DNA from: Podarcis liolepis
Taxonomy: Eukaryota
Strand: one strand, 5' to 3'
Assembly (NCBI GenBank): GCA_965112155.1
Contig: OZ218099.1
DNA: 64,000 nt
Position 1 is the first letter of the stretch; each line of letters starts with the position of its first letter. The translations under genes and the position numbers were made by a program. The notes beneath the pieces were generated by a model that saw only the letters and a program-made list of their open reading frames with translations, was not told the DNA's origin and did no database searches. Shown here one piece after another: positions 1 to 12,214 of this stretch.

Positions 1-1084
1 TTAAAAGCAAAGTGCTGCCCCTTTCATTCTCCTGTGTAGGGTAGTCAGCACGTGTTTCTGGCAGGATTCCTGTGTCTTTTAATGACTGTGACAAGTGGGT
101 ATCCAACAGCGGAATCTTGCTGGAGTCACCTGCTGAATTTCTGTTTGGATTGCTGCCGATAAGGGGCGTAGGGGCTTCTTCTGGGAAAAAGATTTGGTAG
201 CCCAAACCCTTAAGTGCTGTTCTCCTTGTCACTTCCTCCAAGATTCTGTGGTGCTTTCTGAAGTGTTGCAGACAGGTTAGTCACCAGGTGGGTAATTTCC
301 GAGGATGAGTAAATGCAACAACCTGCCACATCTCTCTATACTATATTTGCACTCATCCCTAATCACACAGACAAGTGTACAGGCATTCACAAACCACAGG
401 CAGGCCTTCCTGTGCTCCCACTGTTGTTGCCACTGCCATCCTGGGTTGGACGGAAGAAAGAAAGCCAGCAGCTCAGTGAAATAGGCAGGTGGGCAGCCCA
501 GGCAAGCCTTCCTACGTGCTCTCTGTCATTGCTACCACAATATGGGTGTGTGTAGAGGAAACAGGTCAGCGGCCCAGGCAGGTAAACTGGCAGAGTTGGC
601 CACCCGGACAGGCCTTGCTGAGCTCCCTCTGTTACCATCTGCAAAGGGGCGGCGGCGGCGGCAAGAGAATGAAGAGGCCCTCTCCCTGCTGCTGCCAGAA
701 GGAAATCTGCAAATGAAGCAGAAGTGGGGAGATAGGGGAAAGTTTACTGCCCATCTTGTGGGTGGGGATTGAGCCAGTTGTGAGGGGTTGGGTGTGGGAG
801 AGGTGTAAAACGAGAGGATTGGCAATGGGGGTGGGGTTATATAGTTTATAAGTCCTGCTTCTGATTTGGGAAATGTTTTTGGTCTTTGTGCTACTAGCTT
901 CATGCTCCCTTTCTCCTGGGTTGACTGCCTAAAAGACACGCTTGACTCTTCCACTGCCTCCATGCCAAGCTCCTTTTCTCTTTTTCTCAGGCGTGGACCT
1001 CATCCTGTTGCCTTGTGGTCTTGGTGCAGAGGGAGCAGCCATCAAATTTCCACAATCTGTATCTATCTGTAGACTGATCTAGCA

Positions 1085-1460
1085 GTACGATGTGGAGAAA
1101 GTTGATAGAGAAGTTTTCCTCCCCTTCATAAAAATAGAACTAGATGTTGAATGTTGGAAGTGCCACAGCACACAAAAGGAAGTATATCTTCATTCAGGGC
1201 ATAGTTAAACTACATGCTGTCACAAATGTTGTGATGGTCACCATCTTTAAGGCTCCTGGTCATGGTGGCTGTGTATAATCTCACGTGTCAGAGGTGATGT
1301 GCTTCTGAATACTGTTTGTCAGGAAGCACAAGGGGAGAAAGTGCTGTTGTGATCGTGACCTGGTTGTTGACTTCCCGTAGGTCTGAGTGGCCACTTTGAG
1401 AATAGGATGCTGGACTAGATAGGTCTTTGGTCTGATCCAACAGAACTCTTCTTATTCTTA
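1085..1460 (+). mobile_element. Degenerate CR1-like LINE 3' fragment
   Basis: Ends in gatgctggactagatagg...tctgatccaacag...cttcttattctta, a CR1-type tail seen in related copies at ~11760-11920 and ~41515-41730 (minus strand). Confidence 0.55.
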
Positions 1461-2861
1461 TATCAGCTAGATCTTATCCTGATTTGTTAGTTGCTCCAAG
1501 TATTTTAGGTTATCTTTTAAAATGCATTTTATTATTATGGAACAGAAACACGGAACATTTCCTGGAGTTGCTTTCTATATCTCTTAGCCCCTGCCCTTGT
1601 TGCTGTTTTGAATTGGGAAGGCAGCAAAATAAACTGAAATTTCAAGAAGATCAAGGTTGCTTATTTTCTCATATGCTGGTGGCTGCAGTAGCAACTTGCC
1701 TTCCCTTCCAGTTTTAATGTGTAAAACTGAGCATTGACCCTGAGTACTAAAATCCTTGACTAGAATGATTCGTTTCCTGATCAACCTGTTCTGTTTGTTA
1801 GTAGGTTAATCAGACCAAAGACTGTAAAGGGGTCTGTCTACTAAATTACAAAAAAGGGAAAAAAAGATTGGACATATTGCTCAAGAGAACCCTATTATGT
1901 TTAAATGGAGACAGAAGCTGTCTAAATGACAATGACAAGCTGGCTTGAGTGACTACTGCCTCTTGCTAACTTGTAGCATGCTGTAAACCTTGGTGGATAA
2001 GTGAGGGAGTATTACAAATTAGTGCATTTGTAGTTTGGGCAGGAATAGGAGAGTGGTTTGGGCATCCACAGACCAGATCAGGCACGTTCTTCAGCCATGA
2101 TGCATTTAAGACTATCAGCGCCTGGCCTGTGGAATGTTTTCTGACAATTCTAGTTAGGAGAACAAACTTGAAGTTTAACCTTCTGTTGCCCTGTGGTTCA
2201 AGTGTGGGATTGTGTTGTGAGCCATTCCACTTGTAACGTTTTTGCAAAGGAGTAATGGCTAATAATTGTATTGATCAGGTTAGATAAGACTTACAGGCCA
2301 GAGCCTTATTGTAGCACGATACAGTGATTGGGTTTTGGCTCTTTCCTGATGAATTTCTCGTACATGGAAGATTGGAAACTACAAATACTTGTGTGTTCGC
2401 TATTTATTTAGCAGCTTTTAACCTTGCTTGTTTAGACTTCAAAAGTCATTTCAGCTGACAGAATTTTTAAAAAAGAAAAAGAAAACGCAAATCATTAAGA
2501 GCAAAGAGAAAATGCAACCATTGGACATGCCTTTAACCCAAACACTCTCCTAAAAGGATCTTAAACATTATACTTTTGAAAGCTGATGCAAGACTTCGTT
2601 AAATGCATTCCCTAGGGATACTGTTCCAAAGAGTACCCCTCATCCTCCTGCAACAAACAAGGGAACTGTTAAGCATTGCTTTTCCAGTGTCCCCAAGGAC
2701 ATAATAGTGGTGGTATGCCTCTGATAACTTTGGTTCAGGGCTTTAAATATCAAAAATATACTTTGATGTGTGCTTAGAAGCACACTGGCAATGCATGCAA
2801 ATGTTTGAAAACAGATGGAATATATTGTCAGCAATCTACCCCCATTAAGAGCTTTGCTGTT

Positions 2862-3060
2862 GTATTTATTTATTACATTTATATTCTACTTCTCTAAGGA
2901 GCTCAAAACAATGTACACGGTCCTCCTTTCTTTACCCAGCCCTCCCTGTTATCTTCACAACAACTTGTTCACTAGCCCAAGGTCACCCATCAAGCTTCAT
3001 GGCTGAATGGGGGTTTGAACTTAGGTTTCTGTAGCCTGGACATTCTAACCATTACACTGT
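2862..3060 (-). mobile_element. Old SINE (Squam3/MIR-like)
   Basis: Contains cccaaggtcaccca...gcttcatggctga...tttgaac...ctaaccattacac, with a TTTA-rich tail. Confidence 0.6.
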
Positions 3061-3650
3061 CCATTGCCCAAACATAGCGTGGAGTTTAGCTATAGCTGAC
3101 ACAATAATGTATACTGTAGTTTAACAGTGCTGAACGAAAAGGAAAAAAATGGATGCTTTTTGTGCCATCTGGTGGCCATTTATTTCCTACACTAGTGAAA
3201 AGGGTCTACAAAATAATGTTATCCACTGCACCTCTACAAAACTGGGTGTTGTGGCCATGCATACTTCTTTGTACTTCAGCTGGAGAAGATGACCCTGCTG
3301 TGGATGGATGCCCCCACACTACCCTGATGGAACAACGCAAGAGAATGCTGTAGAGAAAAACTAAAAGAAGAATTAGTTTTATAAAGACATGAATTCTAAA
3401 CACGGAAGCAGTGACATGCAGTGATTTTTTTTGTAGGGGAACGCTTTGGGTCAGAAGCACCACCTTGTGAGGATGGTTGCCAGTGGGGGGGGGGGCAGAA
3501 GTCTCCTGGGCTTTGAGGAGGAGGTGCCAGGCTTTAATGCTTTAATACTCTAATTTACCAGGAACATTTAGGGGACTAGCCTAGTCCCCCTAGTCAACTG
3601 CCCGGAAGCTGGTGAGGTTGGGGAGTACAGAGGACCCTTATAACTGAAGT

Positions 3651-3998
3651 ATACCTGAAGGAGTGTCTCCACCCCCATTGTTCAGCCCAGACACTGAGGT
3701 CCAGCTCCAAGGACCTTCTGGAAGTTTCCTCACTGCAAGAAGTAAGGTTACAGGGAACAAGGCAGAGCGCCTTCTCGGTAGTGGTGCCCACCCCCCGCCC
3801 TGTGGAACACTCATCAGATGTCAAGGGAATAAACAATTCTCTGACGTTTAGAAGACATCTGAAGGCAGCCCTGTTTTGGGAAGTTTTCGGTGTTTGATCT
3901 TTTATCGTGTTTTTAATATTCTGTTGGGAGCATCCCAGAGTGGCTGGGGAAACCCAGCCAGATGGACAGGGTATGAATAATAAAGTATTATTATTATA
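3651..3998 (+). mobile_element. L2-type LINE 3' end
   Basis: ORF-end-like ...agagcgccttctcggtagtgg...tgtggaac...tttagaagacatctgaaggcagccctg, followed by a 3'UTR and an (ATT)n tail. Confidence 0.65.
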
Positions 3999-6900
3999 AC
4001 TGTGTTCAGTCACCTAGTTTTGATTTGTTATACAAACTTGAACGAAGCGAAACAGCCAATCGGGCGCAGGGCAGCAGGCCTGTGTGCTGAGGGTTCTGCT
4101 CTGGCCACGCCCTCCCAGTTCTACAGGAGATCACTGGAGATCAGACCAGGCAGGCCCGGGGCCTGATGTGCTCTGCTCGCGTTTCTTAAAAGTATGTGCC
4201 AAAGGCAGGCTCCTGGGCCTCGGAAGGGTTTGATCCTTACTCTTGTTCTTTACAGGGTCTGTCTTTAGGTCTTTTAAGCGGGCTGTTTCACTCCACCACC
4301 CCCCTCTCTGCCCCTTGGAGCTGGTCTCCCAGAGAGCTGGCAAAGCGGTAGTATGGATTGGGCCTTCTGGGGAGCCATAGGTGAAGAGAAGCCACATTCC
4401 AGACTGGCAAGATGGAGGTCGGAGGTGAGGGGGAGTAATAGGCTGGGTAGCCCGGGGAGGAGAAGAGGCTCGGAGACTATGATGCCAGCCCTCTTGGGGG
4501 TCCAAGGAGGGGGTGTTGTGGCTTTGTCTAGGGACAGGTAGCCCTGGTCTTCACCGCAGGGGAGGGAGGGGAATGTGACAGGATGAGTGGAGCTGAGAAG
4601 TAGAGAGATTTCCCACTCTTAATGTGAGGTGGCTTCCGTTTGGGCCCAATCGAGGGACTTGGGAAGGTGAAGAATGGCTTTGATTTACTTAGCTGTACCA
4701 TCTGGCTTCTGCAGGCTGATAATTTAAGAAAAGGTAGGCCCTTTGATTATAACATGCTGTTCGGTCTAACTTAACATAATCCCATCTGGTTACCTTTCCC
4801 TGTCTTGGCCTCTTGCAGGTTTGCACTGTGGCAGGTCAGAACTGGGTAGTAATTCAGGTTTACGTTCCTTGAGGGAGAGGATTTTTATTTCTGTTGGGCC
4901 AGTTTGTACAAGGCCCTAAAAATCTGTGGTTACTGTGGGACTGAGTTCTTTAGAGTGGAGCGTGGCAAGTGGCTAACAGAGGGAATGTCCACACTTTGGA
5001 TTCCTATGTTGAATTATTAAGAGAGAGCATTATTTGTTAGGGCTGGTTGATGGTCCTGGAGCTTATTGATTAAATTATGATTGTACATAAGTGTGCTGAT
5101 TGATACCCAAACTTCATATTGAGAGGTATGTGTGTTATAGTTAAAATGTGTTGAGAGGGATGCCTTTTCTAAGAATTGGGGGGAACTGGAGAAGTTCAGT
5201 GTTTCTTATGTTAAGCATAGAATACTTTGCTAATTCTCCATATAGGGAAAGTAGTACTTTGGTGCTATGCAGAAGTAGGCTGTGAAGTTTGAGCTCTGTT
5301 TCGATGATGTGCGTAATGTAGAATTAGGCTTTTCTAGAATGGAAAATAATGTTAGTGGTGTCTTTGGCAGACTGGAATGGGAATCTTGGGAAGGCGTGAA
5401 GGTTATATAAATGAAGGAGCAGATCGTTTAAGATGCAAGCAGTGAAAATAGGGAAAGTGCTTTTACTCTTGAAAAAGGAATCCGTTTTATCTTCTAGTGA
5501 GTTTTGTTTAGGATGTGTGCAAAGAAAAAACAAAGCAAACAAAACTATATAAAGGTGGTATACTTCTGGAAATCAGACTTTCATAAGTTTTTTCTTTTTG
5601 TTATACATCTTAATCTCAGCTCCTTTGCTATGGTTGTGCAGTGCGGAGATATATTTATTTTTTAATGCCCAGGAGAGAACCCAAAAGATCACACAAGCAA
5701 AATTCTTGATTTTGTTCAGCATCAGGTCCATACTGAAAATCTTTAACTGGGGTCACCAGTCAGTCATACTTGTATTGTTTGTAGCAGATGATCATTACAT
5801 GGAAGAGTCACCAGCTAACTGAATTTTGCTTTTACAGGCTTAACTGCAGTAGAGTATATGTGACCCACTCATGTAACTTTCCATGTGATGTACTTGTTTG
5901 CTTTCAGAAGCAGACTCACCGGGGTTCACTTCAAATGAATGGGTACCTTGTGATGCAGCTGTATAGCTTGGCTTGGTGTGCATTCAGCTTCCAACAGCCA
6001 GCGTATGAATAGAGTGCTGAGTGGAAGGCTTTATGCACCCTTCAGTGCTTACTCTTTATTCTTTTTAACATAGGTTGAGAGGTAACAGGTTGAGACGCAT
6101 TACTTAATTCCAACTGTGCTGCTTCCAGTTCGTGATCTGATCCACCATCTGCGAAGTACTTCAGATGAATGGAAAAGTTCAAGGGACACTTGGCCACAGA
6201 AAAGAGTTTTGAGAGAGATGTGGCCCAGCACCATTCCCTGTGGTCCAGCCACCAGAGGGGGGTGTTGCACATGGTTTCTAAAGATGGTATAATGCTGATT
6301 GGTTTGCCAGTTTCAGAATGTATGATTCGAGCATCTCTTGTTACCAATTAATGAGAAAAACCATGGGGTGTATGTCACTTGTAATTGTTGGCAAAGTGTA
6401 CCTTTTGTGCTCTGTGCTCTTTGTTCAGTCATTACTTGGTTTGGAAAAGAGAAAATGGTTGATGATACCTTTTGCAGATAAGATTATCTGTTTCTGCATT
6501 AATCACAAAAGACACAAGCATAAGAGACGCAGGTGATCTCAGAAGTTGCCTCAGTGTGCTAGAATGTGTGGAAGTGCTAATGTTGGAGTTGTAATGTGTA
6601 TTACTATGCCAGAAAATAGTCATGTCGTATATCTCCTTTTGCAAAGCTCTTAGCACATACATGTGCCTCTTGAGAGCAAACCTGTGGCTTTAGAGCTACG
6701 GTATATGGTGAGAGAGGGTGTGAAGTACATATAAAGGAATAAGGTTTCAGAAAGTGGAACACTCATTAGCAATGCATTATGTGTAGCGAGGTGCTAAAAT
6801 ATCGCAAACAGTCAGATCCTAACAATGTGTACTTTGGAAGTAAGCCTGCTTGATGCAATGAGAAATCCTTAACATGTAGATAAATCTTCCAGTTTACATC

Positions 6901-9615
6901 TAGATAAACTTTACAAAGCCATGTAAGGTTGAGGCTGCAAAGAAGGATCACTTTCAAATCCCAAATGATTGTTGCAAGAGCTATATTCGTATCTTCATTC
7001 TCTCCTTTGCAATCCTGTTCACAGAGCAAGGAGCCACTTTGAGAGAGGAATGGATTTCAGCTGATCAGCCAGCAAACATAATAGCCATGTCTTTTCTTGC
7101 TCTTCTTCATACCTAAAGCACTATCTATAGAAAGTGTGTGTGTGGGGGGGAACATATGTGTGTGTATACACATTGTGAAAACAATATACATCCAGGCCCC
7201 ATTACATGTAGATGTGTGAGTACCTAAGGTGCAGCTTATTCTGACTTGTACTTATTGTGTAGAGGTCACCGTATTGCACTGAGCCGTACTGTTTTGTTAC
7301 ACAAAGCCTTTAGGTCAGGTTGATTTCTGGTCTACCAGCTTTTGTTGGACTCCCATCTGCTGCAGTCAGCATGACCCGTGGTCGGCTAAGATGGGAGTTG
7401 TAGTCCTACTTTAGACTGGTATGCTGGGTTCAGCATTTTGGAACAGGGGACAGTCAGAAGGATGGACAGCATTGGTGAATTTAGCTGCTGGTTGACAATA
7501 CTACTATTTTATGCTTTATACCTGCCAGCTGTATTGAGAATGAAATCAACTTGTCCAGCCTGGCTGTGGAAAATGTGCATGAGAATGTGTGATATCCTCA
7601 TTGTGGGGTTCAGACTTGTGGAAGAAAAAAAATGATGTTGCTGTGAAGTTTTGCCTTTTTTTGTGGGGAAGCTGTGTAATGGGATCACCACCCTTTGCAA
7701 TCTCCTATCAGGATAGTTGTAGCTCAATATTGTTCTGTACCTTGTGTCTGAGAGGCCCTTATTTTTCACAGAATACCTCTTGATTACATTGCTGTCAGCA
7801 AACGGAGGAGGGGGGAATTAAAATTCTGACATTTATATTAAAAAAAGCTGTTTGGAGACTTCACACAGACAAAGCCCTAGCTTTCCTGAGTAGCGTGGGC
7901 TTACTGGCAAGCTTGCATTAACTATGCAAACCCTGGTATCATGTTACATTAGCGGGTATGGAACTCTGTAAGTGTGGTGCTCCAATTCTAAAGTGTTGCT
8001 CTTTGGCTTGATGGTATATCTCTTGATGTCTCAATCTAAACATTGATATGCTGGTGCTGCAAACATCAGGATAAAACTCTGCCAAAAGTTTCTAAACAAT
8101 ATTTTCCATTGAGCATAACTCATTATTTGGTAGTGGTTTGGAATTTTGAATTCAGAAGCCATTTTTAAAACATTATTGCAAGGCTTTATTGCATTTGTTT
8201 TAAAAACAAAGACTATTCACCAGTTCTCCTTCCTTTCTCTCATTAAAGTTTTCAGGTGTAATTTAAGACTTGTTTATGAAAATACATAAGACAGAAACTA
8301 TGCAGGCAAACATAACTGGAGGATTTTACAGTGAAAACTGTGGCTCTCGGCAGCAAACTTGTTAAAGTGCTGGGAATGGATAATGAACTAAAGGGACATA
8401 GCTGACTTTCATATTTTAGTTAAGTATAATAATGTGCACAGCATGTATAAGCATGTTTCCGCTCATACCATTTCTGCAACCTCCATTGGTAACCACTTAT
8501 ATTTTGTGCTTGCCAATTAATGGAGGACTCCATCTACTAGTGTTTTGTAAATAATGACAAATGTGCAGAAGCCCGCCCTCTAAAAGCACTAATTGTTGCA
8601 TATCTCACTCTATCTGGTGAGTGGTACAACTCCCACATCAAAAATTCAGGTGGTCAGTGCTACCTAATTGATTTACATCAGTTTACACCACCAGCAATTA
8701 CTGAAATGTAGGGAAAGGAATGGCCAGTAGTTAACCACAGTCTGTTAGCAGAAATTAAAAGATTCAGCTTCCCCAACCATCTTTGTTTTAACTAATTCTG
8801 ATGCAGGTCGTTATCTGATTTTTATTTGCTACCTGTTGCTCTTTACTGTGGCTTTAATGCATGCCTTTTGCACATTGTGAGCCCTCTCATGAACCATTCT
8901 GGTTAAGAGGCAGTGTTGAATATGTCAAATTAAATAATATTGCCTGGCGTGTTTTAACTGAGAAGCATTCCTCAGTGTTTCGTTTGTAGCTTCTGTGTGG
9001 GAGCTTCATGTTTCTAACCACTCTCATTCTTAGTGAAGTATTCCAGGCTGCTTGGAATGGCAGGGAGTCGTATCGTACCAGATGATTCTTTCAGCCAATT
9101 AGGGTGACCCAAGTTCCCAGGGAGTCAGCTTAACCGATTAGAGACTCCCAATATCTGACATATGAAATTGGGTTCATTGTAAGGTAGCAAAGAACAGAAA
9201 GAGCTCTGTCAAAAGAATCTGCTGGCAGAATGTGCCAAGAAAGAAAAGTCTGAAATATCCTCAGGTCCCAAATATTCACTTTCCTTTCTGAAAAGGGGGG
9301 GGGGGAGGGCTGCATCTTACTCGCAAGTTCTGAGATCCAGTTCTAAAGAGTGTTGTGACAGTCCAGTAGGTGCAGTTGGAAGAGGATGCCACTAAGTACA
9401 TTCTGGTATTGAGTTTACATAATGAGAAAATTGGTTCCATTACCTATCAATTTGGTACATTTGAAAGATATACAGTGATGAGGTGATATATTCAGACTTC
9501 AAAAGAAAGACGTGTTCCATTTCTAAGAAACAAAGCTGATGGTAGCACAGTTTGATTTTGCTTGTTCCCAAGTTGCATTGCCCCAGGACAAGTTGACCCC
9601 ATATTCAGAGTCTAT

Positions 9616-9868
9616 GAAGAAGAAGAAGAAGAGTTTGGATTTGATATCCCGCCTTTCACTCCCCTTCAGGAGTCTCAAAGCGGCTAACATTCTCCTTTCC
9701 CTTCCTCCCCCACAACAAACACTCTGAGAGGTGAGTGAGGCTGAGAGACTTCAGAGAAGTGTGACTGGCCCAAGGTCACCCAGCAGCTGCATGTGGAGGA
9801 ACGGAGACGTGAACCCGGTTCCCCAGATTACGAGACTACCGCTCTTAAACACTACACCACACTGGCTC
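9616..9868 (-). mobile_element. tRNA-derived SINE, Squam3-like, near full length, (CTT)n tail
   Basis: Reverse complement starts GAGCCAGTGTGGTGTAGTG.TTAAGAGCGG (A box), has a B-box-like GGGTTCACGTC and the core GGGTGACCTTGGGCCAGTCAC, and ends in (CTT)n. Confidence 0.8.
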
Positions 9869-9926
9869 AGTAGTATCCTGAATTTTGCTTGCCAGTGGCC
9901 ACCTCTGAGCAACTGAAGATTTGTCC

Positions 9927-9930
<4 letters not shown>

Positions 9931-9969
<39 letters not shown>

Positions 9970-11377
9970 TATTTATTAAGGTTTCAAAGAAAAGAATTAC
10001 ATGAATTAAAAAAAATAAGAAAAAGAAAGACAAAAGTAAAAATAAAAGAAAAAATACAAATACAAAAAAAGATAAAAAACACTTTAAAAAATACATCAGT
10101 CTTTCCATACCTTACATTCATTTCCTTGTTTCCCTGACCTCCTCACGCCTCCCTTTTTTGTATTCCAATTCAGTTAGTTAATTCAGCAATTTCTTTCCCT
10201 CTTTGTTTTTATCTTAGTCCTTTAACATAATATATTATAACTTTGGATTCTTACCTGTTAACAATCCATTTTTACATACACCTTTATAACATTGCTGCTT
10301 AAACCACTTAACTTCATTCTGACATCATTCTAACATTCATTAATTTTGCAGTATTTCTGTAAATAGTCTTTAAATTTCTTCCACCGACTCTTCTCCCTGG
10401 TCTCGGATTCTGCCAGTCATTTCCGCCAATTCCATGTAGTCCATCACCTTCATCTGCCATTCTTCCAGAGTGGGTAGATCTTGTGTCTTCCAATACTTTG
10501 CAATAAGTATTCTTGCTGCTGTTGTGGCATACATAAAAAAAGTTCTGTCCTTCTTTGGCACCATTTGGCCGACCATGCCCAGGAGAAAGGCCTCTGGTTT
10601 CTTCAGAAAGGTATATTTAAATACCCTTTTCATTTCATTATAAATCATCTCCCAGAAAGCCTTAATCCTTGGGCACATCCACCAAAGGTGAAAGAATGTA
10701 CCTTCAGTTTCTTTACATTTCCAACATTTACTATCGGGCAAATGATAGATTTTTGCAAGCTTGACTGGGGTCATGTACCACCTGTATATCATTTTCATAA
10801 TATTCTCTCTTAAGGCATTACATGCTGTAAACTTCATACCTGTGGTCCATAACTGTTCACAGTCAGCCATCATTATGTTATGTCCAACATCTTGTGCCCA
10901 TTTAATCATAGCAGATTTCACCGTTTCATCCTGTGTATTCCATTTCAACAGCAAGTTATACATCTTTGACAAAATCTTAGTTTTGGGTTCTAACAGTTCT
11001 GTTTCTAATTTTGATTTTTCCACCTGGAAGCCAATTTTCTTGTCCAAATTGTATGCCTCCATTATCTGATAATAATGAAGCCAGTCTCGCACTTTGTTTT
11101 TTAATTTCTCAAAACTCTGCAATTTCAGTCTATCTCCCTCTTGTTCCAAAATTTCCCAATATTTTGGCCATTTGACCTCCATATTGAGCTTTTTCTGAGC
11201 CTTCGCTTCCATCGGTGACAGCCACCTTGGGGTTTTATTTTCCAATAGGTCCTTATATCTTATCCAAACATTAAACAATGCTTTCCTGACAATATGGTTT
11301 TTAAATGCTTTATGTGCTTTGACCTTATCATACCACAAGTATGCATGCCATCCAAATACATTGTTAAAACCTTCTAA
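9931..11377 (-). mobile_element. 5'-truncated LINE-1 (ORF2 C-terminal region plus 3'UTR)
   Basis: Minus-strand ORF 10370-11443 contains the L1 ORF2 Cys/His motif CWKCKETEGTFFHLWWMC. AATAAA on the minus strand near 9972-9977. Flanking 15-bp direct repeats aagatttgtccgtgt (9916-9930) and aagacttgtccatgt (11378-11392). Confidence 0.88.
9932..9966. repeat. (TA)n microsatellite at the L1 3' end
   Basis: Directly visible. Confidence 0.95.
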
Positions 11378-12043
11378 AAGACTTGTCCATGTATAATCTG
11401 GAAGCTTTTCTTCCACTGCAAATGGCAGGTGTGGAACTCCCAATCCAGATAAGGATTGCAGCAGCAGTAAGAGGTTAAAGCTCCCTGTTCTCCTGCCAAT
11501 TCATACTGAATCCCTGTGCCTACTAAGTTCCTTTTTTAAAAAGGCCATTAATTCAATTGCTAACTGTGTGAAAAGCATCTTGTACGGCCCTAATTTTAAT
11601 GGCACATCTATCTGTACCAGCATCTAAATGTTCTCTTTGGGCTTCAAAATGTGTGTAATTAAGAAGGCATTAATTGTCCTTTAGTTGGTAGTTTATATTA
11701 CGCTACAATAGTTCTGCCAAATGGGGGGGGGGCAGGGGTTGACCCCCAAGTAGTTAATGATATAAGAAGAGCCCTGCTGGATCCAATCAAAAGCTGATAT
11801 GATTTAGCATCTTGTTTCCCACCATGGCCAACCAGGTACCAGATATTGGGAGGAGGTAGGATATGTGCACTCCAGCAACTGGTATACAGAGGTGTGCCTC
11901 CTCTGATCCTGGAGGTAGGATACAGCACCTTTCTCCCCTTTGATGTAGCAGTATTATGGTAAAGGTATTATGGGTACAGAATTTACTTGTACAGACCATT
12001 TGCTGTCATCCCAAACTGTCCATTCACTTAGCCTTTCCAGTTA

Positions 12044-12214
12044 CTGTATTTTCCGTCTATAAGACGCCCCCATGTATAAGACGCCCCCTATTTTGGGGGA
12101 CCCAGAATTAAGAAAATGGGGGGAGATGTAGCCGTGTACAGTATAAGATGCCCCCTAATTTTTGACATTATTTTTTAGGGGGGAAAACCTAGTCTTATAC
12201 ATGGAAAAATACAG
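12044..12214. mobile_element. Tc1/mariner-type MITE
   Basis: TIRs ctgtattttccgtctataagac / gtcttatacatggaaaaatacag with TA on both sides; internal tataagacgcccc repeats. Confidence 0.8.

Noticed and set aside
866-1072. ORF listed as MGNVFG..., resembling the C-alpha1 start MGN
   Set aside because: Starts at TTG, lacks the AAAKKG motif, phase-1 donor and CpG island; the true C-alpha1 exon must lie upstream of the window.
10370-11443. 357-aa ORF as a host gene
   Set aside because: L1 ORF2 fragment; the first ~20 codons come from flanking DNA beyond the TSD.
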